From a phage, in the sequence record PZ452607.1: 48,737 bases of DNA; one strand, written 5' to 3'. Shown here piece after piece: positions 29,981-39,066 of the stretch. The position numbers and the translations under genes were made by a program. Under the pieces are notes generated by a model. That model was not told where the DNA came from. It made no database searches and saw only the letters and a program-made list of their open reading frames with translations. Position 1 is the first letter of the stretch. Every line of letters starts with the position of its first letter.

Positions 29981-30694
29981 ATGAAAGACTTTAATGATAT
30001 CGAAACTATCGACTTTGCAGAAACTGGTTGCTCATTCACTCGCGAAGCAATAGCATCAGGCGGTTATTATCAGGCATTGAAAACGCCAACCTGTAAAGAG
30101 ATTTCAGGGCGTCGATACAAGGGGACAAATACCCCTGACGCTGTTCGTGATTTATGGTCAACTCCGCGAGAGGTTATTGCATACCTTGAGGGTCGTTATG
30201 GGAAATATGATCTCGACGCTGCGGCAAGCGAAGAAAATAAAGTTTGCGAGAAGTTTTACTCTCAGGAAACAAACTGCTTAAAACGTTGGTGGGGAAAGAA
30301 TAAGCACGTTTGGTTAAATCCTCCTTATAGCCGACCTGATATATTTGTCAAGAAGGCCATTGAGCAAATGGAGCACAACAATCAGATCGATATGCTTTTA
30401 CCTGCAGATAACTCTACTGCGTGGTTTACTGAAGCGCGGCAGAACGCAGCTGAAATAATCTGGATTGAAGCGGACTTGACTGAGGATATTGACGGCAATG
30501 AATACGCACGATCCGGTCGCCTGGCTTTCATATCCGGTGAAACTGGAAAGGCCGTAGACGGTAATAACAAAGGTTCGGTAATTTTTATTATGCGCGAACT
30601 TAAAGAAGGTGAGGTGCAACAGACTCACTACATCCCAATCACAAGCATTTGCCCTTCGGTGAAAAACAAACGAGCAAAGGTGAGGAAAGTATGA
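29981..30694 (+). CDS. DNA N6-adenine methyltransferase (Dam-type, NPPY motif)
   Basis: Catalytic NPPY motif and upstream SAM-binding-like region. Confidence 0.65.
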   Translation: MKDFNDIETIDFAETGCSFTREAIASGGYYQALKTPTCKEISGRRYKGTNTPDAVRDLWSTPREVIAYLEGRYGKYDLDAAASEENKVCEKFYSQETNCLKRWWGKNKHVWLNPPYSRPDIFVKKAIEQMEHNNQIDMLLPADNSTAWFTEARQNAAEIIWIEADLTEDIDGNEYARSGRLAFISGETGKAVDGNNKGSVIFIMRELKEGEVQQTHYIPITSICPSVKNKRAKVRKV

Positions 30695-30942
30695 TGAGCG
30701 AAAAAATGGTTCCTGTTAAATTAACTGAGCAAGGTTTATGGCTACTTTATCGAGCTACGTGCTGCGAAATTATGGAGCGAAACGGATTGACTCAGGATGT
30801 TATTGGTTGCGATCTGTGGGAGTTCACTAGTTCTCTTGATATGTCTTTCGATGAGATAAAAAATGAATACATAGAGAACTGGCCTTCAATCATACAGAAA
30901 GACGTGGAAGAACTTAAAGCTGATACAATCGTACAGCACTAA
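30691..30942 (+). CDS. hypothetical protein
   Basis: RBS GGTGAGGA; ATGA overlap with previous gene. Confidence 0.4.
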   Translation: MMSEKMVPVKLTEQGLWLLYRATCCEIMERNGLTQDVIGCDLWEFTSSLDMSFDEIKNEYIENWPSIIQKDVEELKADTIVQH

Positions 30943-30976
30943 TTGCTAAAACTACCCGGCGAAAGTCGGGTATAGT
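30935..30976 (+). promoter_or_regulatory. box + hairpin + -10 element
   Basis: AGCACTAATTGCTAAAAC, 22 nt, TATAGT; hairpin ACCCGGC gaaa GTCGGGT. Confidence 0.5.
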
Positions 30977-31008
30977 TATTTCATAGAAACGAAATGAGGA
31001 ATCAGAAG

Positions 31009-31218
31009 ATGGCACGCATTAACGCAAACTTTTTCAATATCGCTCAGCAGTCCGCAAAAATGGCTGTTCATATTACGAACAAGCAAGGCGGCAACTTCGA
31101 TTGGGATATTGCTATGAACTTCCTTAAAATGTCTTATTACCGTTGCTCAGTTGAAGAAGTCGAAGGCTTCATCTCTGACGTGGAGAAATTAACTAATGCT
31201 GATAAAAAAGCAAGGTAA
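31009..31218 (+). CDS. hypothetical protein
   Basis: RBS GAGGAA before ATG 31009; preceded by box/-10 element. Confidence 0.4.
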   Translation: MARINANFFNIAQQSAKMAVHITNKQGGNFDWDIAMNFLKMSYYRCSVEEVEGFISDVEKLTNADKKAR

Positions 31219-31468
31219 GCGCGAAGTGTGGGAGCACGCAAAGGAATGCGGCATCTCAGACGATATAGCATTAATTGCTAAATACTTTGATATAAAGGAT
31301 GTTAGCATTATATCAAACGGCAAGATTTCATTTATGGAAGGTATGCCGAGAAAAATGCAAAGAGTTCCAGCCACTCCATCACTTGAGTTTTACCGCGAAG
31401 AGGGAAAGAGAATTGAGCGAGAAAGAAAATCCACAAAAAACGGCAAGTCTTCCAGGCTTAAATATTAA
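31196..31468 (+). CDS. hypothetical protein
   Basis: ORF overlapping end of previous gene. Confidence 0.3.
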   Translation: MLIKKQGKREVWEHAKECGISDDIALIAKYFDIKDVSIISNGKISFMEGMPRKMQRVPATPSLEFYREEGKRIERERKSTKNGKSSRLKY

Positions 31469-31778
31469 TGCGGACGAATAACAGGCAATATGGATCGGGA
31501 AAAAGCAGGTTAAGCAAATCCCTTTCTCTGACTGGTTGCCACCTGACTTTGTTAATGTGCTTTGCACTATCGGTATTGAGCAGGAGTTGCATATAGGTTA
31601 CTACTCACCTGGCCGAAACAGTATGATGCTTGAGGTTGACGGAAAGCTCGTTGAGTTTAAATCTTCAGATCTAGGATTCTGGTTAAAGGCTGTGGCATGA
31701 AACTTTATTTTGCTGTAGTATTAACACCGCTAATTTCATTTTCAGTAATGTATTTCATTATCATGTAAGGATTAAAAT

Positions 31779-32912
31779 ATGTCACAAGCTAAAATCACTA
31801 CCGAGCAACTTATCGAAGAGCGCATGAGCGGCCTGACACTTCGCGAGATCGCGGAAAAGTACGGTATGCACATTCGCACTGTCGAGGCGCGTCACGCAAA
31901 ACTTGCAAAAGAAGGCCACTTCCACGGCAACGAGCATGTTGCTAAGATGGTTCCGGAAGGCTTCATGGTAAAAGGCACGTCAACCATGATTGACGCGGAA
32001 GGTAACGAGAAGATTCGTTGGGTTAAGACATCAGTTGATAATGAGCGCCTTGAGGTTCTAATGGAAAAAGCGCGTGAAGCATTCTGTTCAGAGTTGCCTA
32101 AGGCTATTCCATCTGAATCACCTGACGTTAGTTTTGATGAAGACACGCTTGCGATGTATCCAGTTTTTGATTTGCACATTGGTGCTCTTGCTCACAAACA
32201 TGAGTGCGGCGAAAACTACGACACAGCGACAGCAGAGAAGGTTATGAATGGGTTCTTTGACTACGCTGTAGATAAGGCGCCAAACTCAAAGAATGCCGTA
32301 TTGGTATTGGGTGGCGATTTCCTACATTACGACTCTTTGGAGTCTAAGACTCCAGCGTCAGGCCATTACTTAGATTCTGACAGTCGTTACGCTAAGCTTG
32401 TTTATGTCGCAATCCGATCAGTACGACGCGCAGTCTCTCGAATGCTGGAGAAGCACCAAGTTATTGATATTAAAGCAATAAGTGGGAATCACGACGAATC
32501 AGGGATGGTTTGGTTGCGCGCTGCGCTTGCTGCATTTTATGAAGATGAGCCGCGCGTAAATGTTGATGTTAGCCCTGCCGCAATGATGATGACCAGCTTT
32601 GGTAAGACCCTTATTGGATACACTCACGGGCATCAAATGCGAAAAGCAGATACTCGACTAAGTGTTATGGCAACTGATTTTCGTAAGTTGTTTGGTCAAA
32701 GTGATTACGTTTACACGCATAGCGGTCACTGGCACAGTCAAAAGATTACAGAAACAAACTTGGGTATTGATGAGGTTCATGGTCAGCTTGGAAGTCCTGA
32801 CGCATACTCTGCCAATGGCGGTTGGAGGTCTCAGCGTCAAGCTGCTGTGATTGTCTATCACAAGGAATTTGGTGAGGTTGGACGATTCATTTGTCGACCT
32901 GAAATGTTCTAA
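31779..32912 (+). CDS. calcineurin-like metallophosphoesterase with N-terminal HTH-like region
   Basis: Motifs DxH (DLHIG), GDxxD (GGDFLHYD), GNHD, GH, GHxH (HSGHWH) in canonical order. Confidence 0.6.
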   Translation: MSQAKITTEQLIEERMSGLTLREIAEKYGMHIRTVEARHAKLAKEGHFHGNEHVAKMVPEGFMVKGTSTMIDAEGNEKIRWVKTSVDNERLEVLMEKAREAFCSELPKAIPSESPDVSFDEDTLAMYPVFDLHIGALAHKHECGENYDTATAEKVMNGFFDYAVDKAPNSKNAVLVLGGDFLHYDSLESKTPASGHYLDSDSRYAKLVYVAIRSVRRAVSRMLEKHQVIDIKAISGNHDESGMVWLRAALAAFYEDEPRVNVDVSPAAMMMTSFGKTLIGYTHGHQMRKADTRLSVMATDFRKLFGQSDYVYTHSGHWHSQKITETNLGIDEVHGQLGSPDAYSANGGWRSQRQAAVIVYHKEFGEVGRFICRPEMF

Positions 32913-32956
32913 ATAGCACCTTTTGTTAAAACAGTACCCGCGAAAGCGGGTATTAT
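32913..32956 (+). promoter_or_regulatory. box + hairpin + -10 element upstream of HNH gene
   Basis: ATAGCACCTTTTGTTAAAAC, 22 nt, TATTAT; hairpin ACCCGC gaaa GCGGGT. Confidence 0.5.
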
Positions 32957-32984
32957 TGTTTTATAGAAACAAGAGGAGATTGCA

Positions 32985-33467
32985 ATGAACTGGCACGAGC
33001 ATTACGAATATAGGGATGGTGTTCTATATCACAAGGTAAAGCCATGCAGAAGGCATGATGTAAATATTGGGGATGTTGCTGGAAGGGTTGCCAAAAACGG
33101 CTATCACTATGTTGTTCACAAGAACAGGCCGTATAAGAGATCTCGAGTTATATGGGAGATGTTTAATGGTGAGATACCAGATGGTTTTGTTATAGATCAT
33201 CTGAATCACAATGCCACCGATGATAGGATCGATAACCTTGAGTGTAAGCCAAGAAGAGAGAATATGGTTAATGTTAAGTTAAGGATTGATAGCACGACCG
33301 GAGTAACTGGCGTATCAATAAAGAGGGATAACAAGTGGAGGGCGTACATAACAATTATGGGTAAGCAGAAGTGCAAGAGCTTTGACACGTTTGAGGAAGC
33401 TTGCGCGCAGAGGATTGAATGGTCAGTAACTCATGATTTTCACCCAAATCACGGTGGAACATACTAA
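32985..33467 (+). CDS. HNH homing endonuclease
   Basis: HNH core (DHLNHN..DDRIDNLE) plus AP2-like DNA-binding tail; paralogous to 37042..37581 and 45258..45752. Confidence 0.75.
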   Translation: MNWHEHYEYRDGVLYHKVKPCRRHDVNIGDVAGRVAKNGYHYVVHKNRPYKRSRVIWEMFNGEIPDGFVIDHLNHNATDDRIDNLECKPRRENMVNVKLRIDSTTGVTGVSIKRDNKWRAYITIMGKQKCKSFDTFEEACAQRIEWSVTHDFHPNHGGTY

Positions 33468-33485
33468 TAGCACCTTTTACCTAAC
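33466..33485 (+). promoter_or_regulatory. degenerate box copy
   Basis: AATAGCACCTTTTACCTAAC directly after HNH stop. Confidence 0.3.
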
Positions 33486-33539
33486 CCGCGCCACAGAAGT
33501 GCGGCATAGTAACCACATCGAAAACAGAGATGCTATATC

Positions 33540-33716
33540 ATGAAGATAGTCAAGTGCATCCGAAATGACTCCAAAACACTTCCATTCCGTGTAAATCAGA
33601 TCTATAGTGTTGGTTATGATTTCGGTGGGGGATTATTTGAGATTTACGACGGACGAGGTTCAGCAATCCAGACTCCTCTGAACGGTCACTACCTGGAATT
33701 TATTGAGATAGATTAA
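33540..33716 (+). CDS. small hypothetical protein (58 aa)
   Basis: Short ORF (not in track) followed by hairpin terminator; no strong RBS. Confidence 0.3.
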   Translation: MKIVKCIRNDSKTLPFRVNQIYSVGYDFGGGLFEIYDGRGSAIQTPLNGHYLEFIEID

Positions 33717-33737
33717 CAATAGCATTCATCACCTTAC

Positions 33738-33769
33738 AGGCTGGCATGATTTACATGCTGGCCTTTTTG
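33738..33769 (+). terminator. intrinsic terminator
   Basis: AGGCTGGCATG..CATGCTGGCCT stem (two wobble pairs) then T5. Confidence 0.45.
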
Positions 33770-33771
33770 CG

Positions 33772-33800
33772 TTGTGTCAAATAAATTTGAAGGTTAAAAT
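33772..33800 (+). promoter_or_regulatory. sigma70-like promoter for lysis cassette (TTGTGT-17-TAAAAT)
   Basis: Hexamers with 17-nt spacer about 35 nt upstream of holin ATG. Confidence 0.4.
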
Positions 33801-33834
33801 CGACTCACTTGTTCAAAAAATATATGGTGAGATT

Positions 33835-34050
33835 ATGAAAGAGTTTTTAACGGCTGCTACGTCAAGCACTGGCGGTGCTTCGTTGGTAGGGGCGGCGACA
33901 GGGCAACTTTATATTGCTGGCGCTACATTCATTTGCTTTCTGCTTTTTGGTGCCTGGGGAGCGTACTGGAAGTATCGTGATAGCAAGGCAATTCAGGAAG
34001 CGTTAAACGATGGCGATCTAAATAAGGCGCTTAAGATCAGGGGGAGATAA
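33835..34050 (+). CDS. holin
   Basis: 71-aa protein with hydrophobic TMD, immediately upstream of endolysin; RBS GGTGAG. Confidence 0.45.
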
Positions 34051-34538
34051 TGAGTTTAAAAAATAACGTTATAGGCGCATCAATCGGGGCCGCTTTGACG
34101 TTGACACCTACCCTACTGGAACGGATCGAAGGTATAGAATACGAGGTTTATTACGATATCGCCGGAGTCCCTACCGTATGCAGCGGAATAACCGGGCCTG
34201 ACGTCATACCTGGTAAGAAATACACTAAGCGAGAATGCGATGCATTGCTGATAAAACATATCGGCGTCGCTCAGCGATACGTTGACAAGAAGGTTAAGGT
34301 TGACATTCCGGTAACTATGCGCGCATCACTGTATAGCTTCACTTTCAACGTTGGGACTGGCGCTTTCGGATCGTCTACAATGCTTAAGCTAATCAATCAG
34401 CGCAAGCACAAAGAAGCGTGTAATCAGTTATGGCGATGGGTATACTACTACAACCCAAAAACCAAAAAGCGCGAAGTGTCGAGAGGGATCAAGAATCGGC
34501 GCGCTGAAGAATACGCATATTGCGTTAAGGAACTATAA
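34050..34538 (+). CDS. endolysin (lysozyme, GH24-like)
   Basis: Catalytic triad spacing E-x8-D-x5-T ([13 protein letters not shown]); ATGA overlap with holin. Confidence 0.7.
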
Positions 34539-34939
34539 TGAAACTTAAGAAAACGTGCATTGCAATTACGGTTGCTGTTGGTGTGATTTCTCTATCCGGT
34601 TGTTCGACGGCATCTGCTCTGAGTGGTTTACTTTCTGACTCCCCGGATGTTACGGCGCAGGTTGGCGCTGAGAACACAAAACAACTAGCAGGAGTAACAG
34701 CAAAGGCGGATGATAAGCGAGAAGTGAAGGTGAGTGATTCAAATATTGGCAAGATTGACTCATCCGTCAAGAAGTCCGTGGAGGTGTCAACCATTCAGGC
34801 CAACACGGTTAACGCTGAAAGCATCACAGTAACCAAATCTGGAAGCTGGTACGATCCTGTGGTTTGCTGGATTCTCGTTTTTATTGTCCTGTTGCTGTTT
34901 TATTTTTTAATTCGTAAGCACGAAAAAAAGGAGGCGTAA
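34538..34939 (+). CDS. unimolecular spanin (lipoprotein with C-terminal TMD)
   Basis: Lipobox LSGC at N-terminus and a single C-terminal TMD, the T1 gp11-type architecture. Confidence 0.6.
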   Translation: MKLKKTCIAITVAVGVISLSGCSTASALSGLLSDSPDVTAQVGAENTKQLAGVTAKADDKREVKVSDSNIGKIDSSVKKSVEVSTIQANTVNAESITVTKSGSWYDPVVCWILVFIVLLLFYFLIRKHEKKEA

Positions 34940-34954
34940 GCCTCCTTTCTTATT
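34922..34954. terminator. bidirectional terminator at end of lysis cassette
   Basis: AGGAGGC gta GCCTCCT flanked by A-run upstream and T-rich tract downstream; overlaps spanin stop. Confidence 0.5.
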
Positions 34955-35061
34955 TGTACCTTTTGACGTGAAGTAGCAACTCCCCATCCTGATCGCAAAG
35001 ATTGTGCTCACCGTCGTTATTGGCCCTCATCGAAGTGAGCAGTAGGCTAAGTAATCCTTGC

Positions 35062-35469
35062 TCAAATTCTTCTTTCGTAAGCTGGAGCCTTGCGCACAAT
35101 TCGACGTTCCGATCTATCAATGTTTCTACGTTCGCCAAACAAGTCTTCATCACTCATTTCTCCAATGTGCATCATTTCCCACGTATATCGATTGTTGTAG
35201 CCATCAATACACATCAGCTTCATCATTACCGGGCGCTTGATCTTTCCCTTGCACCAGTAAAATCCACCCTTGCAATCAAGATAACCCTCAGTCACGCAGC
35301 GTGCGCAAAACTCCTTAGACAGCGCGCTTGTAAATTCACGGCGAGTCATTCCGGCGGCCTTAGCAAATCGCTCACTTTCCTTGTGGGCGTATATAAATTT
35401 CGCTATGTGCTGTCGAGTGTATTTGTCGTAACCTTCGCAGAACCTGAACAGATCTAAAAGAAGAAGCAT
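35062..35469 (-). CDS. hypothetical protein
   Basis: 135-aa Cys-rich ORF downstream of ATPase gene; 3' end overlaps another frame (34950..35153). Confidence 0.35.
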   Translation of the reverse strand: MLLLLDLFRFCEGYDKYTRQHIAKFIYAHKESERFAKAAGMTRREFTSALSKEFCARCVTEGYLDCKGGFYWCKGKIKRPVMMKLMCIDGYNNRYTWEMMHIGEMSDEDLFGERRNIDRSERRIVRKAPAYERRI

Positions 35470-35473
35470 ATTA

Positions 35474-37042
35474 TTAACCCATCAGTCGAGGATTGATGAA
35501 AACAATATCATCAATCCGGCAAGTGTAGTTCATCTCTTCGAGCGTGATCAGCAGGCTGTCGATTCGCTCAGCTACTTTTTGTTGACCGTTGAACGGCGTA
35601 ACGTTACGGCACTTTGCAACAATGCTATGAATAGGTGCGCGACCTTTGTTCTTCTTTGCGATCTCAGTGATAACATCAATCAGCTTACGAGATTCAGCCT
35701 CATCACCAGCATACCCGGCGGCGCTGGCAGACGACAGATAGGTTCTGGAAAGCTCATTGAAAATCATGATCGCTTCCTGCATTGTTTCAAGGTCAATCTC
35801 ACGGTTGGAACGGTTCGGTGATTCACCCTCCCAGTTCTTGATTGTGTGAAGAACTGAAGCAATGCGCAAAGCGTGCTTATCGAACTTGCCGAGATGACCG
35901 CGTAGCATTGAGTGAGAGTATTTGCCCCCGGCTGCGAAATCCGGCTCCATAGCCTGGCGAGCAAGGTTTAATTCACGCATAGCATTACGGCTTACAGAGA
36001 GAACAACGTTGTCCTCCTTCATAATGTTGTGCACAAGTCGATAATATTTACTCACCAATCCTCGATCGACTTCCTTATACAGTGCATCACCATTTTCATC
36101 GCAAAGAATACGAGTGCCTAAAAGAGGTTCCTCGCGAACCAATAGGAAACGCTCAGATACACCGATACCGCGCTGGCCTGCGTCCATGATACCCTTGATT
36201 GTTTCATCCTGCGCAATGACGCAGATCGAACCGACCGGGCAAAGAGATAAGTTATTGTCCTGATTTGAACGCGCAACCTCCATATGGTTTTTATCCCACG
36301 CCTTGAGGATAAGCTCGCTGTTTGATTTCTTATCAGAACCGCCATAAGTCAGGCCAAGCAATGTATTTATTGCCGTTGCCTCATCAGAGATTACGGAAAA
36401 GTGGCCTTGAACAGCAGCTACTTTCGCAAGACCTTCCGGTGTAGGATCTGATACCGCGAAAACAATATCAGCCATCTTCTTGATCTTCTCTTCCAGTTTT
36501 TCCTTGTCCTCGTACAGCGCCGCCGTCGTGTTACCCTTCGGATCGTTTTTGATTTCCTTCTCGATCTGACGTAGCTGACTGGTTAAACGGATACGTTCCT
36601 TTTTGCGCTCTTCATTCAGTCTCTGAATCTCTGCGCGCATAGGTGTAATCGCCGCTGAGTTAATCGCGGATTTACCTGTTGATGGTGGCTGGCTAATCAC
36701 CATATAAAGAGCGGTCGGTTGTTCTTCTCCGTGATATTGCACCCAAAACTTCCCTAGCATCGCGGCTGAGATGCACCCAATGAAATGAGCGTACGCAGAC
36801 GAAACAGGAAACTGTACAGACTCAGCTTTTGCTTTTGCATATTCGAATACCAGGTTATCGCCACCTAACGAAATCAGCGGGAACTTATCGTTTCCACTGT
36901 TGATATCGATCGGGTCTTGCCAAAACGAAACTGAATCCCCGTAGCTGTTTTCACGAATTGCGATCGCCACCGGATTAACTCCAGTGCTATTTGCGATCTC
37001 AATAATCTGTTGGTAATTCAGTTTTGGCTTAATATTAAACAT
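35474..37042 (-). CDS. P-loop ATPase, putative replication protein (DUF3987-like)
   Basis: Walker A-like PPSTGKS and Walker B-like VIAQDE; RBS AAGGAG before ATG (minus) at 37042; track ORF has 21-codon N-extension. Confidence 0.45.
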   Translation of the reverse strand: MFNIKPKLNYQQIIEIANSTGVNPVAIAIRENSYGDSVSFWQDPIDINSGNDKFPLISLGGDNLVFEYAKAKAESVQFPVSSAYAHFIGCISAAMLGKFWVQYHGEEQPTALYMVISQPPSTGKSAINSAAITPMRAEIQRLNEERKKERIRLTSQLRQIEKEIKNDPKGNTTAALYEDKEKLEEKIKKMADIVFAVSDPTPEGLAKVAAVQGHFSVISDEATAINTLLGLTYGGSDKKSNSELILKAWDKNHMEVARSNQDNNLSLCPVGSICVIAQDETIKGIMDAGQRGIGVSERFLLVREEPLLGTRILCDENGDALYKEVDRGLVSKYYRLVHNIMKEDNVVLSVSRNAMRELNLARQAMEPDFAAGGKYSHSMLRGHLGKFDKHALRIASVLHTIKNWEGESPNRSNREIDLETMQEAIMIFNELSRTYLSSASAAGYAGDEAESRKLIDVITEIAKKNKGRAPIHSIVAKCRNVTPFNGQQKVAERIDSLLITLEEMNYTCRIDDIVFINPRLMG

Positions 37043-37581
37043 CACAATAAACTCCTTAGTTGACGGCGTGAATGATACACCGTCAATGGTACACGCGTTT
37101 TGCAAAAAGTGCTATTCGATCCGTGATTCTCATGAAAACCGTATAGCCTTTCCGCTTCCTTCCTTGCTTTAGCCGCTGCATCCAGCGTCATGAAGGTCCC
37201 TAAGTGTTTTGTCTTTTTATTTATGGTTATGTTTGCCGTGTATCTATTTGTTTTTTTATTCCAATACACTCCCATAACTCCTGTGTTTGATGACACTACT
37301 CCCTTGTTTCTTAGGTTGTCTTGCCTAGTTACTAGCCTGAGATTCTCAATTCTGTTATCGTCTCTTTCATGGTTTATGTGGTCTACATCCATTCCTTCTG
37401 GTATGTTTCCGTAGTGTATTTTCCATACTATTCGATGGGCGTATTCAAATACACCTCCTGGAAAACATATTGACCGATAACCTTTTTTATTAACAGTTCC
37501 GGCAAGTAGATTTCGTCTTCTTCCGATTCTCCACTCTTTCCAGTACAGTCTCCCGCTAACGTATTTCAGTTCATCTTTCAT
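37042..37581 (-). CDS. HNH homing endonuclease
   Basis: HNH core (DHINHERDDNRIENLRLV) plus AP2-like tail; C-terminal about 25 codons read through the promoter box of the downstream gene; stop overlaps next start (TGATG). Confidence 0.7.
   Translation of the reverse strand: MKDELKYVSGRLYWKEWRIGRRRNLLAGTVNKKGYRSICFPGGVFEYAHRIVWKIHYGNIPEGMDVDHINHERDDNRIENLRLVTRQDNLRNKGVVSSNTGVMGVYWNKKTNRYTANITINKKTKHLGTFMTLDAAAKARKEAERLYGFHENHGSNSTFCKTRVPLTVYHSRRQLRSLL
37072..37116 (-). promoter_or_regulatory. box + hairpin + -10 element upstream of ATPase gene (inside 3' end of HNH ORF)
   Basis: Minus strand AATAGCACTTTTTGCAAAAC, 22 nt, TATCAT; inverted repeat TTGACGGTG/CGCCGTCAA around -10. Confidence 0.5.
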
Positions 37582-37994
37582 AAGTATTTACTCTCAAAGG
37601 TTGTGCCGTCTGCGATACTAAAACCAACCTCTTCGCGGAATAAGGTCCAGCGGCAACCGTCCTCATCAAAGATGTAACCAGCTACGCCTCCAAGAGCGCG
37701 ACCGCTTTCTACCTGGTAACGCTTTCCAACCTTGAATGATTTTTTCATTGGGTTGCGATGGTCAAGTCCGGTGCACTTGAGCGTCTTTGTTTTCAACTCG
37801 GTGAACTTCGCGAAGAAGATTTCATCAGATCCGTGAATATGTAATTCATCATGCTTTTCAAGTTTTAAATACTTCCCGCATTTTAACTTTACTTCACGAG
37901 TATCATCATAGCGCTCACGACCTTTGTACAGATTGTTTACTTCGAATCCTGTGATTTTGTCTGCGGAAGTGCATTTAAGTTTGATTGATTTCAT
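37578..37994 (-). CDS. hypothetical protein
   Basis: 138-aa ORF with box/-10 element upstream. Confidence 0.4.
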   Translation of the reverse strand: MKSIKLKCTSADKITGFEVNNLYKGRERYDDTREVKLKCGKYLKLEKHDELHIHGSDEIFFAKFTELKTKTLKCTGLDHRNPMKKSFKVGKRYQVESGRALGGVAGYIFDEDGCRWTLFREEVGFSIADGTTFESKYL

Positions 37995-38030
37995 TGTGTT
38001 CGCTCCTGATTGGTTATCTTGAATAAGGCC

Positions 38031-38076
38031 ACTTTATCAAATGACCTTACGGCAATATTAACAAATCGTGCTATTT
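38031..38076 (-). promoter_or_regulatory. box + hairpin + -10 element
   Basis: Minus strand AATAGCACGATTTGTTAA, 22 nt, TAAAGT; box follows TAA stop of acidic-protein gene. Confidence 0.5.
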
Positions 38077-38284
38077 ACCAGGGAATATAATCGTCAACGT
38101 CCTCATTAATATCATCACCGGGTAACTCAAAGTTAGGATCGTATTCGCTTTCAGCATCCATATCCATATCACCAAGAGCCTCGTCAAGTGTGATTTCTTT
38201 ATATGCTACCTTGATGCACCATTCGGAACTAAGTCCGGCATCAAGCGCTGCAAAATAACGAGTCCAGAAATTATCTTGTTCCAT
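38075..38284 (-). CDS. small highly acidic protein (candidate DNA mimic)
   Basis: 69 aa; C-terminal half dominated by D/E (..DEALGDMDMDAESEYDPNFELPGDDINEDVDDYIPW). Confidence 0.4.
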   Translation of the reverse strand: MEQDNFWTRYFAALDAGLSSEWCIKVAYKEITLDEALGDMDMDAESEYDPNFELPGDDINEDVDDYIPW

Positions 38285-38287
38285 TAA

Positions 38288-38512
38288 TTAGCCCCACGAA
38301 TTAATGTAAATCGAGTTAGCCTCAAGCGTTGCACGAACATCCGCATCTGTTGCATTTATCAGTCGAGAGCCTGGCACGCTTCCGATAACACTATTTCCGT
38401 TACGCGTCTTAGTTACCGTCATTGAAATAAAGCCTGAAGACTTATCCATCTTGATAAATACACGGCCTTTTGCGTTCAGGTGCTTGATGATATTCTCAAC
38501 TTTAATGCTCAT
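38288..38512 (-). CDS. hypothetical protein
   Basis: RBS AAAGGA before internal ATG; box/-10 element upstream. Confidence 0.4.
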   Translation of the reverse strand: MSIKVENIIKHLNAKGRVFIKMDKSSGFISMTVTKTRNGNSVIGSVPGSRLINATDADVRATLEANSIYINSWG

Positions 38513-38545
38513 TTTTGATTCCTTTGTTTTGTTTGGTATGGGAGT

Positions 38546-38592
38546 AATATACCTTACTCCCCGATGTGTGTCTTTAGCAATTTGTGCTATCA
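38546..38592 (-). promoter_or_regulatory. box + hairpin + -10 element
   Basis: Minus strand GATAGCACAAATTGCTAAAG, about 22 nt, (G)TATATT; stem GGGGAGTA/TACTCCC. Confidence 0.45.
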
Positions 38593-38733
38593 GCACTCAG
38601 AAATTACTTTACACTCTTTGATCGTGCCGCCGAGAACTACCTTTTGCATCATTGCTTTTTGGCGACTATCGTAAACGCGAACATTTTTTACGCTGTTAAA
38701 CTTTCCTGTATAGAAAGTGTGAACATAAATCAT
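38590..38733 (-). CDS. small hypothetical protein (47 aa)
   Basis: ATGA overlap with upstream gene stop; own stop lies inside a box copy; not in ORF track. Confidence 0.3.
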   Translation of the reverse strand: MIYVHTFYTGKFNSVKNVRVYDSRQKAMMQKVVLGGTIKECKVISEC

Positions 38734-39050
38734 TTTTTACCGTCCCATGTTTGATATGCCGTAACCAGGTTAATGCTATGGTCGAACTCGTCAACGCTAA
38801 GCGATCCGATTCTAACAAGCTCTTTGTTGTGCTTAATGTCAACCATCCGGCTATATGGATGACCTGGCGCGTATTTAAATAGACGCTTGCTGTCGGCAAT
38901 GTCTGCGTTAATTCCGTAGAATCGGCCTACTGCCGCCTTAACGCGCTCCATGATGTTTTTTTCGTGGATTGCCGCCGCGTTATTTAGTGCCGCAACCGTA
39001 CTTCCGTTAATCTTCGGTGACTTCGTTGTGATTTTGTAAGTGTGGTTCAT
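38730..39050 (-). CDS. hypothetical protein
   Basis: RBS AGGGGGA before ATG (minus) at 39050; track ORF longer. Confidence 0.4.
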   Translation of the reverse strand: MNHTYKITTKSPKINGSTVAALNNAAAIHEKNIMERVKAAVGRFYGINADIADSKRLFKYAPGHPYSRMVDIKHNKELVRIGSLSVDEFDHSINLVTAYQTWDGKK

Positions 39051-39066
39051 TATTCCCCCTAACCAG

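Noticed and set aside
31482-31700. Apparent long open frame continuing after the stop of ORF 31299..31481
   Set aside because: On recounting, the frame contains a TAG at 31593; only short ORFs remain, so no gene is called.
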